Source: Clostridia bacterium (GTDB taxonomy: Bacteria > Bacillota > Clostridia > Oscillospirales > CAG-272). From it: a DNA stretch of 64,000 nucleotides. Every line of letters begins with the position of its first letter. Position 1 is the stretch's first letter. The notes under the pieces are model-generated. The model was not told where the DNA came from. It ran no database searches and saw only the letters and a list, made by a program, of their open reading frames with translations. The DNA lies in NCBI GenBank assembly GCA_017473865.1, contig JAFUJB010000016.1, forward strand, positions 135,476-199,475. The letters are read 5' to 3'. Below, in pieces: positions 10,496-18,700 of the stretch. The position numbers were made by a program, and so were the translations under genes.

Positions 10496-11323
10496 TTAGC
10501 CGAATATAATTGCAAGAATACCTACCGCCCAGCAGTAGTACGAGAACATTCTGAAGTTTGATTTTTTTGAGATATAGATAAGAAGCTTCATTGCGATTAT
10601 GCCGACGACTGCCGCCGCGACGGCACCTGCTATGTAGGGGAGTATGTAGCTTGACGGAATGGGGTTTTCAAATACGTCGGCTACAGAAAGGATGTTTGCG
10701 CCGATGATTGCGGGAATGGAGAGAATAAACGAAAATTTAACAGCGTGTTCTCTCTTGAATCCCATAAGCAGACCGCCTGTAATGGTTGAGCCCGAACGGG
10801 AAAGACCGGGAACAATGGCGCACATCTGGCAAAGTCCTACGAATAATGCGTGGCGCGGTTTTTTGTTTTCGAGTGTTACCGTACCCTTTTCAAGCTTGTC
10901 GGAAATAAACAGTACAACGCCGTTAAGAAGGAGTATACCTCCGATAATCTTCGTGTAGTTTCCAAGCATTTCAACGTAGTCTTTGATAAATACTGCAGCT
11001 ACAAGGGGCAGGGTTGCTATTATAACGAAAATTACAAATCTTTCGGTTTCGGTGTATTCGGACAGCTTGAACTTACCCTTGAACACCTTGCCGAGCATAG
11101 TGAAAAATGCAGGGACAAGCTCGAATATGTCTTTGTAATAAACAATAAACACGGCAACGAGTGTTCCAAGGTGCAGGAGAATATCGAAGGTAAAGTGAGA
11201 AGATTCGATGTTTTCCATATTAAATATGTTCTGCGCAATAGCCAGATGGGCAGAACTTGAAACGGGCAGAAACTCGGTTATGCCCTGAATTATACCGTAA
11301 AAAATTGCCATAAATATATTCAT
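10496..11323 (-). CDS. uppP: undecaprenyl-diphosphate phosphatase
   Basis: 275 aa. BacA/UppP motifs GITEFLPVSSSAHL and PGLSRSGSTI. Confidence 0.9.
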   Translation of the reverse strand: MNIFMAIFYGIIQGITEFLPVSSSAHLAIAQNIFNMENIESSHFTFDILLHLGTLVAVFIVYYKDIFELVPAFFTMLGKVFKGKFKLSEYTETERFVIFVIIATLPLVAAVFIKDYVEMLGNYTKIIGGILLLNGVVLFISDKLEKGTVTLENKKPRHALFVGLCQMCAIVPGLSRSGSTITGGLLMGFKREHAVKFSFILSIPAIIGANILSVADVFENPIPSSYILPYIAGAVAAAVVGIIAMKLLIYISKKSNFRMFSYYCWAVGILAIIFG

Positions 11324-11429
11324 GATGACACCTCATAATAATTGTAACTATATTTAATATATAATAACATAAATTCAATAAAATTACAAGTAGGAAACGC
11401 AATAAAAGAGAGGAAGGGAAAATATCAGA

Positions 11430-11798
11430 ATGTCAAAGGTGTGGTGGATATGCGTGTGCGGAGTTTTGGCAGGGTTTATAAACGGTCTGCTCGGGACGGG
11501 CGGCGGTATAATATTGGTGTTTGCGCTGTGTGCTCTAAATAAAAGACAAGACGGAAAGGACGTGTTTGCCAACGTACTTATCGTAACGGCATTTTTGTCG
11601 GTCATCTCGTTGTTTGTGTATTATATGAAAGGCAGCTTTGAGGTAACGAATAGCGGACTTGTTTACGCTCTGTCTGCCGCGCTTGGCGGACTGCTCGGAG
11701 CATTTATGCTTGATAGGTTTAATGCGGGGGTGGTAAAAAAGATATTCGTTTGTCTTGTAATATTTGCAGGCCTTAATATGAGCGGGGTGTTTAAATGA
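11430..11798 (+). CDS. TSUP (TauE/SafE) family half-size membrane protein, 4 TM
   Basis: 122 aa with GLLGTGGG near the N-terminus. Its stop overlaps the next start (ATGA). Confidence 0.65.
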   Translation: MSKVWWICVCGVLAGFINGLLGTGGGIILVFALCALNKRQDGKDVFANVLIVTAFLSVISLFVYYMKGSFEVTNSGLVYALSAALGGLLGAFMLDRFNAGVVKKIFVCLVIFAGLNMSGVFK

Positions 11799-12154
11799 TA
11801 GTCGATTTTATTGCGGGGACAGCGGTTGCCGCGCTTTCGGGAATGGGCGTCGGCGGTGGGGGACTTCTCGTTCTGTACCTCGTGTTTGTAAAAAATATAG
11901 GGCAGATCGAAGCGCAGGGAACTAATCTTTTGTTTTTTATAGTGTCAGCAACAACAGCGTTTATATATAACGTAAGGAAAAGAAAGATTAATATACGCCT
12001 ATGTGTTTTGCTCGCGGCGTGCGGACTTTTCGGCGCCGTTTTCGGCGCATTGTGCGCAAATATGATACCGCCCAACACGGTCAGAAAGATATTCGGCTGG
12101 CTTCTTATTGCATCGGGGGCGTGGTCTATAATATCGGATAAAAAGAAAAAATAA
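11795..12154 (+). CDS. TSUP (TauE/SafE) family half-size membrane protein, 4 TM
   Basis: 119 aa with GMGVGGGG near the N-terminus. Translationally coupled to the previous ORF. Confidence 0.65.
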   Translation: MIVDFIAGTAVAALSGMGVGGGGLLVLYLVFVKNIGQIEAQGTNLLFFIVSATTAFIYNVRKRKINIRLCVLLAACGLFGAVFGALCANMIPPNTVRKIFGWLLIASGAWSIISDKKKK

Positions 12155-12172
12155 AAATTTTGCCAAAATAGG

Positions 12173-12201
12173 TTGACAAAACAAATTGTTTGTGGTAATA
12201 T
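12173..12201 (+). promoter_or_regulatory. sigma-A type promoter of the rplJL operon
   Basis: TTGACA (12173-12178), a 17-nt spacer, then TAATAT (12196-12201). Confidence 0.7.
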
Positions 12202-12202
12202 A

Positions 12203-12343
12203 CTTGGGTAACCCAAAGACAGCAGGTGCAAAAATAAATCCTGCCGAGGTGAACAAACATTCAAATATTGATTGGTTTGCTTTCTTTCGGTGCGTTTATT
12301 TTGGACACTGCGAGAAAGCATTTTTTATCAGGAGGTGAAAATA
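12203..12343 (+). promoter_or_regulatory. ribosomal protein L10 leader (autoregulatory 5' UTR with a terminator-like hairpin)
   Basis: About 140-nt structured leader (AGACAGCAGG..CCTGCCGAGG). Hairpin TGCTTTCT..AGAAAGCA followed by TTTTTTA just before the rplJ RBS. Position matches the known L10 leader class. Confidence 0.6.
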
Positions 12344-12877
12344 ATGCCGAGTACAAAAATATTGGAACAGAAGAAAGCAGTTGTAGCTGACCTTACAGAA
12401 AAACTTAAGAAAGCTACCGCAGGTGTAGTAGTAAACTACTCCGGTATCACTGTTGAAAACGATACAAAGCTTCGTGCAGAACTCCGTAAAGCGAACGTTG
12501 AATACAAGGTATATAAAAACACTTTGACAGCAAGAGCGTGCGAAGAAGCAGGTCTTGGCGGACTTAAAGAACAGTTCGAAGGAATGACCGCAATCGCAAT
12601 CAGTGAAGAAGATCCGATCGCTCCTGCAAAGATCCTCAAAGAGTATGCTGAAAAGATCGAAACATTCGAAATTAAGGCAGGCTTCCTTGACGGAGAAATC
12701 ATGGACAAGGATCAGGTAATCGCACTTGCAGAAATCCCCTCGAAAGAAGTTCTCATTGGACGTATCGTGGGCAGCCTTATGTCTTCTCTTTATGGCTTCG
12801 CATACGGTTTGCAGGCTATTATCGACAAGAACGGCGAAGGCGAAGCAGCACCCGCTGCAGAAGCAACAGAAGCATAA
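12344..12877 (+). CDS. rplJ: 50S ribosomal protein L10
   Basis: GGAGG RBS at 12331-12335, then ATG at 12344. The upstream part of the track ORF lies in the leader. Confidence 0.9.
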   Translation: MPSTKILEQKKAVVADLTEKLKKATAGVVVNYSGITVENDTKLRAELRKANVEYKVYKNTLTARACEEAGLGGLKEQFEGMTAIAISEEDPIAPAKILKEYAEKIETFEIKAGFLDGEIMDKDQVIALAEIPSKEVLIGRIVGSLMSSLYGFAYGLQAIIDKNGEGEAAPAAEATEA

Positions 12878-12940
12878 TTGTTGCTTAGATGTAATTAAAA
12901 ATAATAAAACAAACAATAATATTTTGGAGGTATATTTAAA

Positions 12941-13309
12941 ATGGCAAACATTGAAAATATCATAGAAGAATTAAAGTCTCTTACAATTCTTGAACTCGCA
13001 GACCTCGTAAAGAAGGTTGAAGAAGAATTCGGCGTATCCGCAGCTCCCGTAGCAGTAGCAGGCGCAGCAGCACCCGCTGCAGCAGCTGCAGAAGAAAAGA
13101 CAGAATTTGACGTTGTACTTAAGAGCGCAGGCGCTAAGAAGCTCGACGTTATCAAGGCTGTTCGTGAAATCACAGGTCTCGGTCTTAAGGACGCTAAGGA
13201 CCTCGTAGAAGCAGCTCCCAAGGTAGTTAAGGAAGCAGCTCCCAAGGAAACAGCTGAAGGCATCAAGAAGCAGCTCGAAGAAGCAGGCGCTGAAGTAGAA
13301 CTTAAGTAA
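12941..13309 (+). CDS. rplL: 50S ribosomal protein L7/L12
   Basis: 122 aa. Ala-rich hinge and C-terminal domain [19 protein letters not shown]. Confidence 0.95.
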   Translation: MANIENIIEELKSLTILELADLVKKVEEEFGVSAAPVAVAGAAAPAAAAAEEKTEFDVVLKSAGAKKLDVIKAVREITGLGLKDAKDLVEAAPKVVKEAAPKETAEGIKKQLEEAGAEVELK

Positions 13310-13390
13310 GTTCAAAAACATACGTATATTGACTTGGCGAGTTCCGCTATGACGGAACTTGCCGAGTAAAATATATAAAAAATTTAATAT

Positions 13391-13482
13391 GCAGAGATGG
13401 CTGAGCTGGTCTAAGGCGCACGACTGGAAATCGTGTGAACGCTAATACCGTTCCGAGAGTTCGAATCTCTCTCTCTGCGCCA
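13391..13482 (+). tRNA. tRNA-Ser (anticodon GGA) with a long variable arm and encoded CCA
   Basis: Acceptor GCAGAGA/TCTCTGC, anticodon loop CTGGAAA, T-arm GAGAG-TTCGAAT-CTCTC, discriminator G plus CCA. Confidence 0.9.
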
Positions 13483-13526
13483 AAACGAAAATCCTGTCGA
13501 TTATTTCGGCAGGATTTTCGTTTTGT
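13483..13526 (+). terminator. rho-independent terminator after tRNA-Ser
   Basis: 14-bp stem AAACGAAAATCCTG / CAGGATTTTCGTTT followed by a T-run. Confidence 0.85.
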
Positions 13527-13627
13527 ATTATTCACTATTCATTATTCATTATTCATCATTCATTCGACAGGATTTTCAATGAATAATGAATAATGAAATC
13601 GCTTACGCTGATGAATAATGAATAATT
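13526..13627. repeat. heptamer-type AT-rich repeats forming a long inverted repeat
   Basis: (A/T)TTATTC units at 13526-13565. Inverse copies AATGAATAATGAATAATGAA at 13578-13597 and 13611-13626. CGACAGGATTTTC (13565-13577) is a perfect complement of the terminator left arm (13487-13499). Confidence 0.7.
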
Positions 13628-13812
13628 TCGGTGTCGGCTTCGCCGTGATTTAATATGTAGAAGTTTAATACGTAGGCAAAAACAAGTAAAGGCGTCTGAT
13701 CCTCTCAAACATCGTCCGAGAGGGCGATGTTTTTTGTTGTATCCCGAAAACCACGCGATAGTGGCGTGGTTCAAAATAGGTTTTACCGTTGAGTAATCCC
13801 GCCGCAGCGGAA

Positions 13813-13964
13813 GGCTCCCTCCGGGAGGGAGCTGGATTTTGCGAAGCAAAAGACTGAAGGAGAGCGCGACACAGTAAAATTTGTAATTAGCATAAGTTTC
13901 GCAGGCTCCTTCCACCACTTCGTGGTCCCCCTTCCTCCCGGAGGAAGGCTTTTATTACAACCCG
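13813..13964 (+). repeat. 152-bp multi-hairpin module, copy 1 (direct repeat of 20649-20800)
   Basis: About 50 nt at the 5' end and 65 nt at the 3' end are near-identical to copy 2. The central ~35 nt differs. Contains hairpins GGCTCCCTCCGGGAGGGAGC, TTTTGCGAAGCAAAA and CCTTCCTCCCGGAGGAAGG. Confidence 0.8.
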
Positions 13965-14136
13965 TTAACGGGTAACTAATATCAATTGCATAGCTGGCAG
14001 GCAAACAAAAAGCGCACTTGTGCGCCGCCAGTATCGGATAGGGCTATGCCCGAAAAATGAATACCACCCGATATGTGTGGATTTTTATTTGTATACAAAA
14101 GAGAGTTGGTATGCTCTGCAGACCAACTCTCTTGTT
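13960..14136 (-). repeat. 177-bp duplicated 3'-UTR module, copy 1 (see 14934-15109)
   Basis: Differs from 14934-15109 at only a few positions. On the minus strand it holds two terminator hairpins (GCGCACAAGTGCGC+T-run; CAAGAGAGTTGGT..ACCAACTCTCTTTTG). Confidence 0.85.
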
Positions 14137-14160
14137 GTAGCCATTATTCATTGCTGAAGC

Positions 14161-14275
14161 AATGTCATATATACCTGATTTTACGTAACTGATTCGCTTA
14201 CTTAGATGTTTGCAGGAGCTTAGATATAATAAGCAAAGCACCGCAACACAGCTCACACAAAAGCCATACTATCGG
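14161..14275 (-). pseudogene. remnant homologous to the 5' (signal/lipobox) end of CDS 15133-15696, now fused to the 3' end of CDS 14198-14641
   Basis: 14161-14260 aligns by eye with 15578-15660 (..atatacctgattttacgtaa(c/t)tgattcgct..gcaggagctta..). The rest of the parental gene is deleted. Confidence 0.55.
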
Positions 14276-14641
14276 AAGAAGAAGTAGAACGTCGCTATTT
14301 AAAATATTTAAAAGACCCATAACAAAAAGATAGAATGAGATTGTTGCTATCGCAGAAAAACAAAGGGCGGAAATCCTCTTTCTTTTAAGCTTTACATCCG
14401 TACAACGAAAAACAGCACGTAATGATAAGAACAATATTGTCGCAGTGATAATTCCAGCCACTGCAGTAATAATAAACCAATTTGATATACCTTTTGCTAT
14501 TGCGAAATCTAACGAATCCCATTCGGGTGGAGGGGTACTATTTATGAATTTAAACTTTTCCACCACACTTACAGGAAGAAAAATTACCCAAAGAATTAGA
14601 TGTACAACTGATGCAATGGTTATTCCTTTTTTGATTTTCAT
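14198..14641 (-). CDS. hypothetical small membrane protein (about 4 TM)
   Basis: 147 aa and hydrophobic. GGAGG RBS plus a consensus promoter. No recognisable motif. Confidence 0.55.
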   Translation of the reverse strand: MKIKKGITIASVVHLILWVIFLPVSVVEKFKFINSTPPPEWDSLDFAIAKGISNWFIITAVAGIITATILFLSLRAVFRCTDVKLKRKRISALCFSAIATISFYLFVMGLLNILNSDVLLLLPIVWLLCELCCGALLIISKLLQTSK

Positions 14642-14676
14642 TTAATTTTCCTCCTTGTATTATGATTTCTGTGTAT

Positions 14677-14705
14677 ATTATACCACATATTACATGGTGT
14701 GTCAA
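14677..14705 (-). promoter_or_regulatory. consensus sigma-A promoter (extended -10) for CDS 14198-14641
   Basis: Minus strand: TTGACA (14705-14700), 17 nt, TGgTATAAT (-10 at 14682-14677). Part of a module repeated at 19534-19642. Confidence 0.75.
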
Positions 14706-14933
14706 TGAAATTATGTTAAATTGCGGGAAAATTAACATAAGGTGTGTTTCGCCCCAAACTGTAAGTGGGACGATTATTGTATTCCGAAAACCGCGCGACT
14801 GTAGTGGTGTAGTTCGATAGAGGTTAATGGATGAAAAGAAACAACCTCATCCGTCTCGGCAGCAAAGTTAGCAGTGGATTGTGATTTAGCGGCCGCCGAG
14901 CCACCTTCCCCCACCGGAGAAGGCTTTAGTAAA

Positions 14934-15109
14934 CCCGTTAACGGGTAACTAATATCAATTGCATAGCTGGCAGGCAAACAAAAAGCGCACTTGTGCGCCG
15001 CCAGTATCGGGTAGGGCTATGCCCGAAAAATGAATACCACCCGATATGTGTGGATTTTTATTTGTATACAAAAGAGAGTTGGTATGCTTTGCAGACCAAC
15101 TCTCTTGTT
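14934..15109 (-). repeat. 177-bp 3'-UTR module, copy 2 (parental copy downstream of the toxin-like operon)
   Basis: See 13960-14136. Confidence 0.85.
15066..15109 (-). terminator. rho-independent terminator of the 19341-15133 operon
   Basis: Minus strand: CAAGAGAGTTGGT-loop-ACCAACTCTCTTTTG. Confidence 0.8.
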
Positions 15110-15132
15110 CATTTTTGAAGCAATGGTATATT

Positions 15133-15696
15133 TTACGTTGTTAACCTAATTCCATGATACCATTTTCCTGATATTTTTTTAAAATAAGCTTTATCGGGCT
15201 TATCGGGGGAAAAAAGATAGTCCGGACGAGAGAAACCCTTAACACGAATAATAGCATAAGGAACTTTGCCAGAAGCAAATGCAATCTGCTTATCGGTTAC
15301 CGTAACAAACCACAGACCTTCGTTAGAAGATGAGCGAAACGCTTCCTTGATAATTGAAGTTGCACGTCCCACATCCTCTGTCAGAGTGATGGTAATTTCA
15401 TATTTTTCACTTTCGTTCATATAGCAATCTATTATCCACGTATCCTCCAACATCCCAGACAACATCATTTTGGTAATATCATTTTTTTCCTTTTCGGCAT
15501 AATAACACTCCCACAGTTTGTCAGACACTAATTCAAATGATTTTTTATAATCTTTAAAATCGCGTATCTCATACTCAAATATACCTGATTTTACGTAATT
15601 GATTCGCTGACTTATATATACGCAGGAGCTTACAACTACCAAAACGATTAACGCTATGGGGAGTATCTTTTTGAAAATTTTCTTAAATTTCTTCAT
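15133..15696 (-). CDS. hypothetical lipoprotein; candidate immunity protein
   Basis: 187 aa from the ATG preceded by AGGAAGGA. Signal peptide with lipobox VVVSSC. No known domain. Lies 33 nt downstream of the 1203-aa gene. Confidence 0.6.
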   Translation of the reverse strand: MKKFKKIFKKILPIALIVLVVVSSCVYISQRINYVKSGIFEYEIRDFKDYKKSFELVSDKLWECYYAEKEKNDITKMMLSGMLEDTWIIDCYMNESEKYEITITLTEDVGRATSIIKEAFRSSSNEGLWFVTVTDKQIAFASGKVPYAIIRVKGFSRPDYLFSPDKPDKAYFKKISGKWYHGIRLTT

Positions 15697-15729
15697 TGTA
15701 AATCCTTCCTTATACAATTAATAAAGATT

Positions 15730-18700
15730 TTATAGTGTTCCAGAAAATTGTACGGTATATGATGCAATTGTCACATATGGCTTAGGTTGAGGTGTTGCCC
15801 CCAAACTATCCCAATGTTGTAAAATATACCATTGTCTAAAACCAGAAAATATTCCAGGGGTATAGTTAAGAAATTTTTCTTCAGTTAAATCTAGAGTATC
15901 TAATCCAAAATGATCATAGAAAACAACTCTTATTGTACCAGAGTACGAGTTTCCATTTGTCGTGTAAGACTCAATTTCTATTTTATTTCCATGCCATCCA
16001 TTAATTGCAAGTGTTAATCCAGGAACACCATTGCTAAGTCCATACGTTGGGAGCAATAGTCCCTCATCTATCATTCTAGAAACTAATCTGTGGTTTTTTC
16101 TCTGGATTGGATGTACCCAAAGGTCAGGATCATAATATAAACCACTAATATCACCGTTGTTTTGCGCAAGATATTCCTTAATTAAATCAACAACCCCATC
16201 AATATAATTAACTGTATTCGCATGAGTTTTTACGGCGTACGTCAAATCGGAATTCGAATAATCGTTTCCGCTTCCTTCAACAAAGTGATCAACCATTTCA
16301 TCCAAAATGCTTCCAAAGGTGCCATCATAGGATATTTGGATGTTAAAAAAGGTTTTAATTATCTCTATACGTTCTGACAAAGGAATAATAGTCCCGTTGG
16401 TGTACAAATCAGACATTGATATCGACGTTCCGTTGGAGGTTATTGTTTCTGTGCTTTTTTCACCATATTCTAAATCTTCTGCTATAATAGGGGTAATATC
16501 ATTATCATCTTGTGAATCATTAAAACCTAGGCGTTCTCTATTTCTTGTTTGGTATACTAGCAAATTTGATACAGTAACGGTAAATGTTAAAATACGACCT
16601 GTAACTTTGTGTGTGGCTGTAACTGTAACAAGCCCCTGTGCTTCAGCTAGAATTTCGCCTGAACTAATTGAAATATTCCCGACCGGCGTAATCGAATAGG
16701 AAAAATCAGATGCGGTGCTACACCATAGCTCGTTACCTAAAAATTGATCTACATAAAAAGATTTTGTTTCGCCTACACATATTGTTGTGTTTGGAATACT
16801 ACTATGTATGCTTAACTCTGCATTCGTGGTTGAACCATTGTTGCCATAGAATGTTGTGCTTGCGATTCTCCACACACAACTATCATACGCTGTTGTGCCG
16901 GATGTTCCAAGGGAAGAAGCGGCAGATACGGTATTAGTTCCGGTTTGCTTAAGATAAGCTTGTGTCGCAACATTCTGTATCAGTATTCCTCCGCCAGGAG
17001 CATTATAAATCGTCCATAAGTAATTATTCGTTATAGAAGACATTGTTGTAAGCGAGACGCTCGTCGAATTGCCAGAATACAAGTACTTTGTCAAGTCATC
17101 ACTGGATTGAATCGTGTATGCATCGTTTCCAACATGAGTGATTTTCCATCGAATCGTATTTTCGTAAGTGGATATTAGACCTGATACTGCGTCGGCTACA
17201 TATGTGCTGGATTTGTGCAGATATTTTCCATAATTTTTGTTATTTAAGTAATATGTTCCGTTTTGCACAATTTGAGATGATCCAAGCATCAAGTTGCCGT
17301 TTTCATCTTGTATCATCCATTTCTGATAGTCGTTGGTATCATTATAGGTTGAGACAAAGATATTACCGACTGACGTAGTCGTTGTGCCTGATGAACTTCC
17401 GTCTCCGCCCGGACAAACCGTGAGCGCAAGCGACATATCAGTACGAGGAACAATCTTAAAGGTATAATCGCCTGTGCCAATGATAAACCAATGTTGCGCA
17501 AGGGGATCATTAGCTGCATATATCTGTACATTACCGCCATTGTTTACGTATCCGTTGCTCTTTACGATGTCAAGAACTCTGTTTGTTCCCCCTGAACTAC
17601 ACATAGCGCGGAGATAATAACCTCCCGTCGATGGAACATATTCAAGTTTAAATTTATGTTGTGCACCCAAGTTTGATGCAGGATACACGTCTTGCTGATA
17701 TACATTCACATCGTTGGCATTGCTTCCGTTATGAACGGTCATATATGAGTAGCTGCCATAATTCTGGAAGGAATATACGCTGCCATTTGTCAGAGAAGAA
17801 GGGAGTGCATATCCATAATTTATTGTAATAACCGGACGACTCGAAGTAGTCGTGGATTCTATTGAATGGAATATATTATAGTCCGGGTTTACGGTCGATT
17901 CGTCACCATATTTTACGACGTATCCGTTATTTACTGCTGCTTGGAATTCATCATAGAGTGCGGTAACGTCCTGCGTAAGATCAAACGTCAAATATGATAG
18001 GGACGAATTATATGCACAAGTGGTGAGCAAATTCGATGAAAGAATTGATGGCTGGTTGGCATAGGTAAGAGTGCTTGCGTTCCAAGCTGACGATACCTTG
18101 TAAACCTGTGCTGTTTTTCCTGTTGTTGTTCCGGAAACAAAATTTAGTTGCATAGTGGCATCAAGTACAGGCATATTCGCATCAATATTGGGAAGGTTAT
18201 TGATCTTGATATAGATGCGGTATACTTTTCCGGATTTTACACCATAGTATAATCTCTGTTCAGCGGAATGGTTAGCTGTATTTCCTTCGTAAACATAAGT
18301 ATCAATAATGTTTGAATTGTATTCTTTTGTTGTTATAGAAGGATCCAACAGAATCGGATAAGCTCTGGCATCCGAAGTTAACCATTCTGCGTCAGGCGTG
18401 TAGGTAACTGTATAATTATTTCCTTTCTGATTTACAGTAACCTCAATATCGTTCAACACTTCATGGTTGGCATCTTCCATGTAAGGAATGCCGATACGAT
18501 ACTGCATATTTCCATTTTCGTCAAGAAAGTCTACTGAACCGTCATCATTCAGACGGGCAACAAGCCCACCCGCTTGTATGTTCATAGTAAACGCACGAAG
18601 ATCGGTCGGAGCGTTAATAAAGATATCTTCCTCGATTTTGTTGTGATATACAGAATATTCAACGGAAAGTTCCGGAGCATCTTCAAAAAGATTGCCATAG

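Noticed and set aside
13333-13366. Hairpin CTTGGCGAGTTCCG..CGGAACTTGCCGAG after rplL as a terminator
   Set aside because: No U-run follows it. The tRNA-Ser 25 nt downstream may be co-transcribed, so it is not annotated as a terminator.
13960-14136. The 177-bp conserved repeat as a riboswitch or other structured ncRNA gene
   Set aside because: It is better explained as the duplicated 3' UTR of the toxin-like operon: it contains two minus-strand terminator hairpins. I could match no conserved core of a known RNA family (RNase P, SRP, tmRNA, 6S, T-box, cobalamin).
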